Source: Fibrobacter sp. (GTDB lineage Bacteria > Fibrobacterota > Fibrobacteria > Fibrobacterales > Fibrobacteraceae). From it: DNA of 64,000 bases. Shown here in pieces: positions 19,920 through 29,945 of this stretch; the first letter of the stretch is position 1, and every line of letters begins with the position of its first letter. Made by a program: the position numbers and the translations under genes. The notes below the pieces were generated by a model. That model did not search any database. It was not told where the DNA came from and saw nothing but the letters and a program-made list of their open reading frames with translations. Location of the stretch: contig NZ_JAFZKX010000018.1 of the NCBI RefSeq assembly GCF_017551775.1, forward strand, positions 6,761-70,760. The letters are read 5' to 3'.

Positions 19920-20864
19920 CTATTTCTGCTTGCCGAGGGCCGCAAAGACGAAAGCGCCCTGAACTGCCTGGAAGAGCATTGGAATATAACCCAGGAGTGC
20001 CGCGGCAAGGACAATATCGGCAGGAATGCCGAGAAGTCCAGTGAAAAGACTCACGTTTACGCCTTCGCGGATGCCGATGCCGTTTATCGAAATGGGCAAC
20101 ATCGATACCGTGATGGTGATGGTCATGAATACGGTGATTGTCGCTAGGTCCACGGGGACGCCCACGGCTTGGAAATAGGCGTAATGGATGGCGATGGATG
20201 AAATCTGTAGCCAAATGGAATCGAGACCCGAAAGGAAAAATGCTTTTTTGTACCCGCGGTAAATGGAAAATGCGTCTTGCAACTTTGTAAGGAATGGTAT
20301 GCGCACAGCGATTTTTGCGGGAATCCTTATTTTATCTGAAAAAAGCCCGCCGACAATAATTAGGGCGGAGACAAGTGCTACGGCGCAGACTGCTCCCGTA
20401 TAGACGGCGGGAATATCGTAGCGGGCGATGACGAAGGGGAGGGTCGCAAAAAAGCAGATGAACATCGCGAGGAGGCCCATGACACGCGAGATGGCAACTG
20501 CGGCAACTGAATTGGCCATGTTTCCGAAGCGTCGGCCGAAGGCGATTGTCTTGACGGCATCGCCGCCGAACCCGCTGGGCAACAGGTTGTTGAAGAAGTA
20601 CCCGAGGGCGATGTAGGCGTAGAAAGTGCGGAACTTGATCTTTTTGCCTTCTTCGAGCAAGAGGCCGCGCCAGCGGTTCGCCTGGATGAACATGCTGAAA
20701 AGCGTGCAGAAAAGGATAAGCGCAATCCAGGGGAAGGCCTGTGCTGTCCAGTGCCCGCATACGTCGGCGAAGGGAACCTTGTAGAATATATATATAAGCC
20801 CGCCAATGCTGATGACGGCCTTCAATAAGCCCGAAAGAATCTTCTTTGCCGAACCTTGCTGCAT
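19920..20864 (-). CDS. Lysylphosphatidylglycerol-synthase-TM / UPF0104 (YbhN-like) flippase-like membrane protein
   Basis: QANRWRGLL, GYFFNNLLPSGFGGDAVK, LPISINGIGIREG; multiple TM segments. Confidence 0.85.
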   Translation of the reverse strand: MQQGSAKKILSGLLKAVISIGGLIYIFYKVPFADVCGHWTAQAFPWIALILFCTLFSMFIQANRWRGLLLEEGKKIKFRTFYAYIALGYFFNNLLPSGFGGDAVKTIAFGRRFGNMANSVAAVAISRVMGLLAMFICFFATLPFVIARYDIPAVYTGAVCAVALVSALIIVGGLFSDKIRIPAKIAVRIPFLTKLQDAFSIYRGYKKAFFLSGLDSIWLQISSIAIHYAYFQAVGVPVDLATITVFMTITITVSMLPISINGIGIREGVNVSLFTGLLGIPADIVLAAALLGYIPMLFQAVQGAFVFAALGKQK

Positions 20865-20873
20865 GGCGCCCTC

Positions 20874-21962
20874 TTATTTTGCTGCAAGTTCCGTTGCGAT
20901 TTCTCGAATTTGCCGTGCGCTCGATTCCCAGGTAAATTTGCTCACCCAGTCGAGAATTTCTTGATCGTACTTGCCCTTGTCGTCAATGGAATCGTCCAAT
21001 GTGCGGGCGATACTTTCGGCATCCTTCGGATCGAAATACTTTGCCACGTTGCCGCCGACTTCGGGTAGCGACGATGTATTGGAGCAGGCTACGGGCGTGC
21101 CGCAGGCAAAGGCCTCGAGTACGGGGAGCCCGAATCCTTCGTAAAGGGAGGGCAGCACGAACAGGTCGGCCAGGTTGTAGAAGTTTACGAGGTCTTCTTG
21201 GCTTACCATGCCGGCGTGAATGGTGAGGCCTTCGATTCCCAAATCTTTTTCGCGGGTGTCTTGCGTGCGCCCATCGAACGCCTTCCCGACAAGCACGAGG
21301 CGGCAGCCTTCGCGCCCTTGCATGCGGGCGAAACCTTCCAAGAGCCCGTTCAGGTTCTTGTGAGGCAACAAGTTCCCGACGTACAGGATAATCTTCTTGT
21401 CGCGGGGTATGTTGTACTTGCCGTACAGGTATTCAATTTCTTCTTTAGGCTTGCGGACGAATTCTTTTCCGTAGCCCAGCGGGACGACGGTCATCTTTTT
21501 GGCGTCGGCCTTGTAGAACCGGAGCAAGTCCTGCTTGGTGTTTTCGGAATCTACGAGAATGCGGTTTGCGCGCTTGCAGATAAACCAGAAGATGAACTTG
21601 AAGTACAGGTGCGCAAGTTTCATCGGCAGGAATTCAGGGTATACCAGGTGGGTGAGGTCGTGGACCGTCACCATCATCTTCCCGCGGTAGAAAAGGGGCA
21701 CGTTGCAGTGCGGGATGTGCAAAACATCTGGCTTTGCTTTCCGCAGTTTGCAGTACGGGAACTTCAGTTGTTCCTTGTAGCCGTAAATGCCGCTGACAAA
21801 AGGAATCTGCGTCGGAACGGAATCTTTGTAGGCATCAAGATCTTTCGGGTCGCCAAGTGCGATGCTGTAGCCCACATCGCGCAGCCAGTGTTGAATGCAG
21901 GTGCCGATTCCGGACCTGCTTACCATGCGGGCGTCAATTGCAATTTTTGGCGCCGATTTCAT
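20874..21962 (-). CDS. Glycosyltransferase family 4 (GT-B)
   Basis: IAIDAR..SGIG, VTVHDL, YVGNLLPHKN, LFVLPSLYEGFGLPVLEAFACGTPV. Confidence 0.92.
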   Translation of the reverse strand: MKSAPKIAIDARMVSRSGIGTCIQHWLRDVGYSIALGDPKDLDAYKDSVPTQIPFVSGIYGYKEQLKFPYCKLRKAKPDVLHIPHCNVPLFYRGKMMVTVHDLTHLVYPEFLPMKLAHLYFKFIFWFICKRANRILVDSENTKQDLLRFYKADAKKMTVVPLGYGKEFVRKPKEEIEYLYGKYNIPRDKKIILYVGNLLPHKNLNGLLEGFARMQGREGCRLVLVGKAFDGRTQDTREKDLGIEGLTIHAGMVSQEDLVNFYNLADLFVLPSLYEGFGLPVLEAFACGTPVACSNTSSLPEVGGNVAKYFDPKDAESIARTLDDSIDDKGKYDQEILDWVSKFTWESSARQIREIATELAAK

Positions 21963-22830
21963 GGTCGAACATCCATTTCAGAGTTTCTTCGATTTTTGTG
22001 CCGTTCCAGTAGCCGCATTCCACGATGCGAGAGTTGTCGCAGCACTGGTAGGGAATATCGACGGGGCGCATCTTTTCGGGATCCTGGACGGCTTCGATTT
22101 TGACAGAAGCAAATCCGATGATGGTATCCAGTAGCTCGCCAACCTTGTGGGCAATTCCCGAACCGACGTTGTAGACTTCGTACTTGTTCTCGTTTTCAAG
22201 AAGCATGCGGTAGACGTGTACTACGTCGCGCACGTCCGAAAAATCGCGCCATGCACTGAGGTTTCCGACTTTGATTACGCCCGGCTGTCCGCTCTTTTCG
22301 ATTGCGGCCACCTGCTGTACAAAGCTCGGGAGCGCAAAACTGGAGCGCTGGCCTACACCCGTGTGGTTGAATGAACGAGTGCAGATGATTTTCATCCCGT
22401 ATTTTTTACGGTAGAGTTCTGCGAAATTTTCCTGCGCTATTTTCGAGATGCCATAGGGGTTGCTCGCCTCGCGGTCGCAGCATTCCTTGAGCGGGGAATC
22501 TTGCTGGGCGTATTCCTCGGCAGATCCGATAAGGAGCGTCTTTGCCTTCGGGCAATGCGTGGCGATGGCGTCAAGCAGGTTAATCGTGCCGACGACGTTC
22601 ACCTGGATTGTCGATGCGGGATCTTTCCAGGAGGCGCCGACGGAACTGATGGCGGCGAGATTCACCACGTAGTCGGGCTTGGCGTTTTGCAAACGTCCAT
22701 CGATGCATTCGCGGTCCAGGAGGTTTACTTCTGGAATATCTACGGCGGTGACTTCGTGCCCTGCGGAAGCGAGTTCCTTTACCAGGTAGCCACCGACAAA
22801 ACCTTTTGCCCCGATGACTACGGTATTCAT
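21934..22830 (-). CDS. rmd: GDP-4-keto-6-deoxy-D-mannose reductase (Rmd-like extended SDR)
   Basis: True start [13 protein letters not shown] at 22830 overlaps the gmd stop (TAATG). HLAA-like NLAAISSV, GSAEEY, YGISK, RSFNHTG, GNLSAWRDFSDVRDVV. Sugar product is inferred. Confidence 0.75.
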   Translation of the reverse strand: MNTVVIGAKGFVGGYLVKELASAGHEVTAVDIPEVNLLDRECIDGRLQNAKPDYVVNLAAISSVGASWKDPASTIQVNVVGTINLLDAIATHCPKAKTLLIGSAEEYAQQDSPLKECCDREASNPYGISKIAQENFAELYRKKYGMKIICTRSFNHTGVGQRSSFALPSFVQQVAAIEKSGQPGVIKVGNLSAWRDFSDVRDVVHVYRMLLENENKYEVYNVGSGIAHKVGELLDTIIGFASVKIEAVQDPEKMRPVDIPYQCCDNSRIVECGYWNGTKIEETLKWMFDHEIGAKNCN

Positions 22831-23849
22831 TAAATCTTGCCTTCGGCGAGAAGTTTCATATCGCTTTCGACCATGCGCTGCACCAGCTGTTCGTAGCTGA
22901 TTTCCGGTTCCCAGCCGAGAACTTTCTTGGCCTTGCTGGCATCGCCGATAAGCAGGTCGACTTCGGCGGGGCGGAAGAACTGCGGGTTCACCTTCACGAC
23001 CACCTTGTCGGTGCCCTTGAGGGTGGCGTATTCCTTTTCGCCTTCGCCGTGGAATTCGATGTCCATGCCGGCGGCCTTGAATGCGAGCAATACAAATTCG
23101 CGGACCTTGTGCGTCTTGCCGGTGGCGATGACGAAATCGTCTGCCGTGGGCTGCTGAAGCATGAGCCACATGGCGCGCACGTAGTCGGCGCTGTGGCCCC
23201 AGTCGCGGCTTGCATCCATGTTGCCCAGTTCGAGCACGTCCTGCAGGCCAGCTTTGATCTTGGCTACGGCGATGGTAATCTTCCTTGTAACGAATTCTGC
23301 GCCGCGACGTTCCGATTCGTGGTTGAACAGGATGCCCGAGCAGGCGAACATGCCGTAACTTTCACGGTAGTTCTTGGTAATCCAGTGGCCGTAAAGCTTG
23401 GAAACGCCGTAAGGGCTGCGCGGGTAGAACGGGGTCGACTCGTTTTGCGGGATGGCCTGCACCTTGCCGAACATTTCGCTGGTAGATGCTTGGTAAACGC
23501 GGGTGTCCGGCTTGCAAAGTCGGACTGCTTCCAGAAGTTTGGTCACGCCGATGGCGTTGATGTCTGCTGTAGAAAGCGGAGTTTCCCAGGAGGTCGTCAC
23601 GAAGGACTGGGCCGCAAGGTTGTAAATTTCATCGGGTTTCGCAATTTCCATGGCTCGCAGGAGCGATGCGGAATCGGTCATGTCGCCGAAAATGAATTCC
23701 ACCTTTCCCTTGAGGTGTTCTGCGTTGTTAAAGTCGAGTTTGCTTTTGCGGCGTACGAGCCCGAAGACTTCATACCCTTTTTCGAGAAGCAATTCTGCCA
23801 AATAGGAACCGTCCTGGCCGGTAATCCCTGTAATAAGTGCACGTTTCAT
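22830..23849 (-). CDS. gmd: GDP-mannose 4,6-dehydratase
   Basis: [67 protein letters not shown]. Confidence 0.97.
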   Translation of the reverse strand: MKRALITGITGQDGSYLAELLLEKGYEVFGLVRRKSKLDFNNAEHLKGKVEFIFGDMTDSASLLRAMEIAKPDEIYNLAAQSFVTTSWETPLSTADINAIGVTKLLEAVRLCKPDTRVYQASTSEMFGKVQAIPQNESTPFYPRSPYGVSKLYGHWITKNYRESYGMFACSGILFNHESERRGAEFVTRKITIAVAKIKAGLQDVLELGNMDASRDWGHSADYVRAMWLMLQQPTADDFVIATGKTHKVREFVLLAFKAAGMDIEFHGEGEKEYATLKGTDKVVVKVNPQFFRPAEVDLLIGDASKAKKVLGWEPEISYEQLVQRMVESDMKLLAEGKI

Positions 23850-23933
23850 GAAAAAAAAGATACAATTTTTTTGCTTTTGAAACTGAATTAATTTATATTA
23901 TACACTAACTTTTTGATAAGAAGGAGGACTATT

Positions 23934-25952
23934 ATGCTAAAAAACATTCTTGGCTTGTCGGCACTTGGGGCAATTTTCCTTTGTGCTTGTTCAGGTGATG
24001 TCGGATCAGCCGGGTCTACAGAAGACTCGATGGTCAATAACATGGCACAAAACGACAGCAGCATCTTCAAGCTATCGGTGTGGGAAGGCGTGGATGCCTT
24101 GGGAATTTCGGGCTACTTCCGAGCTGCGGCAGAAAAGGGCTTTTACACGTACGATCCGTATGTGCGCAATGGCCTGCGCTGTGAGGCACCGGCATTGTCG
24201 ATGGACGACCATACGCTGTTCTTTGATGAATTGGAAACCATTTACCAAGAAGGGAAACTGGTAGATGGTGTTTGCGGAAAGGCAGTTTCTTTGGCCGATG
24301 GTCAGGTGGCGCCTCTCGGTGTGAATTTAATCGATTCCATGAAGGTGGGTACGGTTGAATTCTGGTTCAAGCCGGGCCCGCAGTTCTATGATAAGAGCGC
24401 TCGTACCCTCTTGGGTAACGACGGTTCTCGAATTCACTTCTTCTACAAGAATGGAGAGTTGATTTTCCAGAAGAACCATCACAACCAGCATTATTTTGTT
24501 CAAGCCGCCGCCGAATTGGATAGTGGCTGGAACTTGATTGCCGGTCAGTGGGGCGATGGCTACATGAGCTTGTGGCTGAACGGTAAACTGGTGGTCAAGA
24601 AGGAACATACTTTGGGCTATGCTCCTGCCATGCGCGGCATTCCCTACGAAAACCTCTTCGTGATTGGCTACAAGTCCAACTGCTGCATGGAGGGCGTTGG
24701 TCAGTACCAAGGCATGACGACTGCGGGCGCATTTGACCAGTTCCGCATTTCGAACATCGCGCGCTATGAAATTGACGATACGGCGGATGTAATTGACGAT
24801 ACGGCGGATGTCGATACCGTTGTAATTCAGGAAACCGACGAAGACACCGTGTCTCTTTGGCAGTACTTCTCCAATTTCGGTGTTAGTTCGTATTTTGACA
24901 ACGCTCAGCTTCCTACAACTTCGACTTACACTTTGAACGTCTGTGTAGCGCCTGCACTTGCCATGGATGACAGCACGGTGTTTATGGACGAACTTGAAAC
25001 GGTTTACCGTGAAGGAACTTTGGTGGATGGTGTCTGCGGAAAGGCGCTTTCCCTCAAGGATGGTGAAGTTGCCCCGCTCGGCATCAATATGATTGATTCC
25101 ATGAAGGCGGGTACGGTAGAATTCTGGTTCCGTCCGGGCGAAGACTTCAAAAATAAGTCTGTCCGTACGATTCTGGGCAATGACGAATCCCGCATGCACA
25201 TCATGTACAAAGATGGTGAACTGGTATTCCAGAAAAACCACGCTGACAAGCATTACTTCGTTAAGGGTGCTGCATCGTTCAATGACGACTGGAACCTTAT
25301 CGCTGCCCAGTGGGGTGATGGTTATATGAGCATCTGGTTGAACGGAAAGAAGGTTGCTAGTGCTGAACATAATTTTGACTATGTTCCGTCTACGCGCTCC
25401 AAACTCCTTGGAAACCTGCTGATTATCGGCTTTAAGTCCAGTTGCTGCATGGAAGGAGTCGGAGTGCGTAGTGCTTTGACTGCATCCGGTGCGTACGACC
25501 AGCTCAGAATTTCTAATGTCCCGCGCTACAAAGTGTCCTTTGATCAAGAATTCATTGGCGAAACGGATACGCTAACTGTTGACGAAGATGACGATAGTTG
25601 CAGTGTAGGCCTTTCGTTGAGTACGTTCCAGGATTCCTTGGATGCTAATGCTGTCGGAATAGAAATGTTCATGGAAAAGCTGTGCGTTACGGATACTGTG
25701 CCGCAACTCATCACGGATTTGGGAGAACTCGCTACCTTCGGCTTGACTTTGCGTAATGGCGATGTCGTTGCAGAGAATCTCGCCGCAGGGCAGGTCCATT
25801 ATGGCTGTATTGATTTGACCAATCCGTCAGTACCCAAGATGAAACTGACGTCTTGCGTAAATCTCGCCCCTGGTGAATACAGGTTTACCGTTGCCGTCGA
25901 AGGCAAAATGGCGTATTATAAATTTAGGATTGCCGGCGAAATTGAAGAATAA
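23934..25952 (+). CDS. Lipoprotein with two tandem LamG/concanavalin-A-like domains
   Basis: AAGGAGG SD before ATG 23934; lipobox LCAC. Two ~200-aa repeats with GTVEFWF.PG, W..IA.QWGDGYMS.WLNGK and G..DQ.RISN..RY. Confidence 0.8.
   Translation: MLKNILGLSALGAIFLCACSGDVGSAGSTEDSMVNNMAQNDSSIFKLSVWEGVDALGISGYFRAAAEKGFYTYDPYVRNGLRCEAPALSMDDHTLFFDELETIYQEGKLVDGVCGKAVSLADGQVAPLGVNLIDSMKVGTVEFWFKPGPQFYDKSARTLLGNDGSRIHFFYKNGELIFQKNHHNQHYFVQAAAELDSGWNLIAGQWGDGYMSLWLNGKLVVKKEHTLGYAPAMRGIPYENLFVIGYKSNCCMEGVGQYQGMTTAGAFDQFRISNIARYEIDDTADVIDDTADVDTVVIQETDEDTVSLWQYFSNFGVSSYFDNAQLPTTSTYTLNVCVAPALAMDDSTVFMDELETVYREGTLVDGVCGKALSLKDGEVAPLGINMIDSMKAGTVEFWFRPGEDFKNKSVRTILGNDESRMHIMYKDGELVFQKNHADKHYFVKGAASFNDDWNLIAAQWGDGYMSIWLNGKKVASAEHNFDYVPSTRSKLLGNLLIIGFKSSCCMEGVGVRSALTASGAYDQLRISNVPRYKVSFDQEFIGETDTLTVDEDDDSCSVGLSLSTFQDSLDANAVGIEMFMEKLCVTDTVPQLITDLGELATFGLTLRNGDVVAENLAAGQVHYGCIDLTNPSVPKMKLTSCVNLAPGEYRFTVAVEGKMAYYKFRIAGEIEE
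24770..24811 (+). repeat. 21-bp in-frame tandem duplication (IDDTADV x2)
   Basis: AATTGACGATACGGCGGATGT repeated exactly twice in the inter-domain linker. Confidence 0.9.
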
Positions 25953-25980
25953 TCGCTGCTTTATAAAGTGAAATTTCATC

Positions 25981-26005
25981 ATGGCGCACTCTGTGCGCCA
26001 TTTTT
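25981..26005 (+). terminator. Intrinsic terminator after the LamG lipoprotein gene
   Basis: ATGGCGCAC-TCT-GTGCGCCAT followed by TTTT. Confidence 0.75.
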
Positions 26006-26041
26006 CGTTGCGTGCCAAATGCTATTTACTAAATTGCGGAT

Positions 26042-29000
26042 ATGGCTTTTGTTCACCTGCAAGTTCATTCCGAATTTTCTGTTTTACAGTCGTCCGCACG
26101 TCTTGACGGTATTCTTGGTGCCGCCGCTAACGATAATGCTCCCGCAGTCGCCCTTACGGACCACGGAGCCATGTTCGGCATCTTGGAAATCCAGACCCGC
26201 GGCAAGGAATTGAATAAGGCCCGCAAGGAGCAGGGACTCCCGCCGGTAAAGACCATTTACGGCTGCCATGTTTATATTGATTCCCCGAGTGCAAGCCAGA
26301 AAGATCCGACGTCATTTGAAAGGTTGACGCTTCTCGTAGAAAACGAGAAGGGCTATTACAACCTCTTGCGCATTGTCAGTTACCGCTACGAGGAAAGCGA
26401 CCGTTGGGCCGAGATTCCCTCGGTTCCGCTAGATGTCGTGAACCAGCACAAGGAAGGTTTGATTGCCATCGCGGGCGACTTCTTTAGCCGTTATGGCCAG
26501 AACGTGTCTTCGGGTCGTGAATCATTGGCCCGCGAGTACATGGATTCCTTGGACAAGATTTTTGATCGGGACCATCTGTACCTGTCTGTATGTGATAACG
26601 GCGTGCCGTTGCAGGGGCGCGTGAACGAGTTCAACGTAAAACTCGCAAACGAAATGGGCCGCGAAGTTGTCGCCGTGGCCGATGTTCACTACATCAAGCC
26701 CGAAGACGCTATGGCCCATAAGGTGCTCCGTTGCATTTCGCTCAAGTGTACGCTGAACGATTTTACGGATGCCCGCTTCCCGACGGACAAATTCTATTTC
26801 CGTACCGAAGAAGAAATGCGTGAGCTGTTCGGGAATATTCCCGGAGCCATCGAGAATACGGTAAAAATTGCGGAACGCTGCAACTTTACCGTAAAGACGG
26901 GTATCGGCGATGATTTCTGGCCGCGTTTTAAAATTCCGAAGGAATTCCTGGAGTCCGACGAATACACGACCATCAAGAATATCATGAAGGCGGAATACGA
27001 TGCCGAATATCCGGGAATCCGCGAACGTGAACTCAAAGGCGTTATCAAGGACAAAAAGAAAAAGGTAACGGAAACATATTGCGCCGAAAAGGGGATTGCA
27101 CCCGATGCGCTTACCGAAGAAGACAAGGCTGAAATAGAACGCTTGTCACAGCCGGAATTCTTTACCGAAGATGATAACAAGGCTTGGGACAAGAACGTCC
27201 ACAGGTGGTGCAAGCCGGGTGGCGATGCCGACATTTACATTACACACCTTTGTAATGAACGCCTTAAATGGCGCTTCCCCGACGAAGATTTTAAGTTCCC
27301 TGCGCACGAGACGGACGTGGCCAAGCGCATGTACAAGGAACTCAACTGTATCCGTAACATGAACGTAGCGGGCTACCTGCTTATTGTGTGGGACTTTATC
27401 AACTGGTCGCGTGAACACGGAATTCCCGTGGGCCCGGGGCGTGGTTCTGCGGCAGGTTCGCTTGTCACTTACATCATCGGTATTACTGACATTGACCCGC
27501 TCAAGTTCGACTTGCTTTTCGAACGCTTCTTGAACCCGGAGCGCGTGAGCATGCCTGATATCGATACGGACTTTGCCGACCGTGACCGCGGGCGCGTTAT
27601 TCAGTACGTGACGGACAAGTACGGTTACGATTGCGTGGGTCAGATTATTACTTACGGTATGCTCAAGTCGAAGGCCGTGGTGACCGACGTGGCGCGCGTG
27701 CTCGGGTTCCCGCCGGCAGAGGCGAAACAGATTACCAAACTGTTCCCGCAGCGCACCTTGAACTTCAGCTTGAAGCAGGCCTGGACGGGTAAAGACAAGA
27801 AGGGCAACAACCTCGAAGATGGTTATAGCCCGGAACCCCTGCAGGCGCTCATCAACAGCCGCGCCAGTTACCAGAACCTTTGGGACATTGCGAAAAAACT
27901 TGAAGATTTGCCGCGACAGACGGGCGTGCATGCGTGCGGCGTGGTGATTACGCCGACCCCGATTTACAACTTGGCTCCGCTATACCGTGCGGCTCCGGCT
28001 GATACCCCGGTGGTGATGTACGACAAGCATTACGCTGAAGATATCGGCCTTTTGAAGATGGACTTCCTTGGGCTCATCAACTTGTCCATCATTCAAGACA
28101 CGGTCAACATGATCAAGAAAAACCGCGGGATTGACCTGGACATGGGCCATATTCCGCTGGACGACAAGTTGACTTTCGACCTTTTGGGCAAGGGAATGAC
28201 GACTACGGTGTTCCAGTTCGAATCTCCGGGTATGCAGAAGTACCTGCGCGAACTGAAACCGACGCGAATTTTCGACTTAATCGCTATGAACGCCCTGTAC
28301 CGTCCGGGGCCTATCGACCAGATTCCGCACTTTATTGCCCGCAAGAACGGCAAGGAAGAAATCGACTGTTACCACCCGGATTTGGAACAGGTGCTGGGCG
28401 AAACTTACGGCGTTATCGTTTATCAGGAACAGGTGATGAAGCTCGCCCAGATTCTGGGCGGTTACACGCTGGGTGGCGCTGACAATATCCGCCGCATCAT
28501 GGCGAAGAAGATGCCTGAAAAGATGGCGAAACTCGAGCCGGAGTTCTTCCAGAAGTGCTTGGACAAGGGCTACGACCGCGCCATGATCCAGAAGGTGTGG
28601 GATGCCGTGCTCCCGTTCTGCGGATACGCGTTCAACAAGAGCCATGCTGCCGCATACGCTTACGTGGCTTACCAGACGGCTTATTTGAAGGCAAATTACG
28701 GCCCGGAATACATGGCCGCCTCCATGACTTCGAAGATGGGCAAGACGGAAGATATCGTCACCATCATCCAGGAATGCAAGCGCATCAATATCCAGGTGCT
28801 TTCCCCGAACATCAATACATCTTATGGCGTGTTCACTGCGGACAAGGAAGGCCACGTCCTTTACGGTTTGGCCGGTATTCGCAACGTGGGCCTTGCGGTT
28901 GTCGAAGATGTTGTTGCCGAACGTGAACGTCGTGGGCCATTCAAGGATATTTTTGATTTCTGCAAGCGCGTTGCGGAATATCAGAGCACATTCAAGGAAA

Positions 29001-29917
29001 AGCACCCGCCCCTGAACAAGAAGGTTCTGGAATGCCTTATCATGGCCGGCGCACTCGATTCGTTCCCCGGCAGCCGCGCTGTGCTTATGGCGACAGTCGA
29101 CAGGGCAATCGAAGTGGCTGCCAAGCACCAAGAAGAAAAGTCGATGGGACAGATGTCCTTGTTCGATATGGGCGGTGCAAGCGCTTCGATGGAGAATACC
29201 GCCGAAGTTCTGGAAGATGCCGAAGATTGGAGCTGCATGGAAATGCTCAACAAGGAACGCGAAGTCCTTGGCATGTTCCTTTCTGGCCACCCGCTCGATG
29301 AATTCCGCCCCGAACTGAAAGGTTTTACGACGGTATCTCTCGCTTATGACGACTTGAGAAAGAAGGTGGATAGCGTTGTGGCCGTCGGTGGTGTGGTGAT
29401 GCAGATGCGCTCTATAGAAACTAAGCGCGGCGATACGATTGGCGTGGGCATGATCCGCGATTTTCATAGCGATGTAGAACTCTTCTTCAAGAAGGATACT
29501 TGGGAAAATTTGCGCGACCGCATTTCCGAAGATGACCGCATTCTGGTGAAGGGTCTTCTCGGTTACAAGCGCGACAAGGAGCGCAAGATGACCGAGGAAC
29601 TCCAGATTACGGTCGAAGAAGTGGTGCAGCTCGATACCGTACGCGAATCTATGGTGAACTTCGTTCATGTGTGCATGGATTCCGTGATGTTCTCGGATGC
29701 GTTCCTTTCGAAGATGGAAGAGGGCATTCAGCAGTATGTCGCCGACATGGGCGAACATTCTTGCGAACTTGTCTGTCATGTGGAAACGGAATCCGGATAC
29801 GAGCATGCCATTGTGCTCCACAAGTACAAGCTGCATTATACGCAGGAACTGCTCAACTGGCTGCGTCAGGATTTGGGCATCATGAAGTTGTGGGTGTCTC
29901 CGAAATCGAGACGCTAA
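26042..29917 (+). CDS. dnaE: DNA polymerase III alpha subunit
   Basis: PHP domain (HLQVHS, TDHG, DVHY), GPGRGSAAGSLV, FERFLNPER..MPDIDTDF, LKMDFLGL, AFNKSHAAAY, clamp motif QMSLF, OB fold. Confidence 0.98.
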   Translation: MAFVHLQVHSEFSVLQSSARLDGILGAAANDNAPAVALTDHGAMFGILEIQTRGKELNKARKEQGLPPVKTIYGCHVYIDSPSASQKDPTSFERLTLLVENEKGYYNLLRIVSYRYEESDRWAEIPSVPLDVVNQHKEGLIAIAGDFFSRYGQNVSSGRESLAREYMDSLDKIFDRDHLYLSVCDNGVPLQGRVNEFNVKLANEMGREVVAVADVHYIKPEDAMAHKVLRCISLKCTLNDFTDARFPTDKFYFRTEEEMRELFGNIPGAIENTVKIAERCNFTVKTGIGDDFWPRFKIPKEFLESDEYTTIKNIMKAEYDAEYPGIRERELKGVIKDKKKKVTETYCAEKGIAPDALTEEDKAEIERLSQPEFFTEDDNKAWDKNVHRWCKPGGDADIYITHLCNERLKWRFPDEDFKFPAHETDVAKRMYKELNCIRNMNVAGYLLIVWDFINWSREHGIPVGPGRGSAAGSLVTYIIGITDIDPLKFDLLFERFLNPERVSMPDIDTDFADRDRGRVIQYVTDKYGYDCVGQIITYGMLKSKAVVTDVARVLGFPPAEAKQITKLFPQRTLNFSLKQAWTGKDKKGNNLEDGYSPEPLQALINSRASYQNLWDIAKKLEDLPRQTGVHACGVVITPTPIYNLAPLYRAAPADTPVVMYDKHYAEDIGLLKMDFLGLINLSIIQDTVNMIKKNRGIDLDMGHIPLDDKLTFDLLGKGMTTTVFQFESPGMQKYLRELKPTRIFDLIAMNALYRPGPIDQIPHFIARKNGKEEIDCYHPDLEQVLGETYGVIVYQEQVMKLAQILGGYTLGGADNIRRIMAKKMPEKMAKLEPEFFQKCLDKGYDRAMIQKVWDAVLPFCGYAFNKSHAAAYAYVAYQTAYLKANYGPEYMAASMTSKMGKTEDIVTIIQECKRINIQVLSPNINTSYGVFTADKEGHVLYGLAGIRNVGLAVVEDVVAERERRGPFKDIFDFCKRVAEYQSTFKEKHPPLNKKVLECLIMAGALDSFPGSRAVLMATVDRAIEVAAKHQEEKSMGQMSLFDMGGASASMENTAEVLEDAEDWSCMEMLNKEREVLGMFLSGHPLDEFRPELKGFTTVSLAYDDLRKKVDSVVAVGGVVMQMRSIETKRGDTIGVGMIRDFHSDVELFFKKDTWENLRDRISEDDRILVKGLLGYKRDKERKMTEELQITVEEVVQLDTVRESMVNFVHVCMDSVMFSDAFLSKMEEGIQQYVADMGEHSCELVCHVETESGYEHAIVLHKYKLHYTQELLNWLRQDLGIMKLWVSPKSRR

Positions 29918-29945
29918 ACCGGGATTTGAAACCGGAGAACTTGGT

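Noticed and set aside
26042-26700. Degenerate PHP metal ligands in DnaE (HLQVH, GCHVY, RLTLL)
   Set aside because: Loss of PHP exonuclease ligands is common in DnaE1 proteins that use a separate epsilon subunit, so it is not unusual.
26939-27223. Intein in dnaE
   Set aside because: There is no Cys/Ser-initiated splice block, no His-Asn terminus and no LAGLIDADG motif, and it is not at the usual DnaE intein site.
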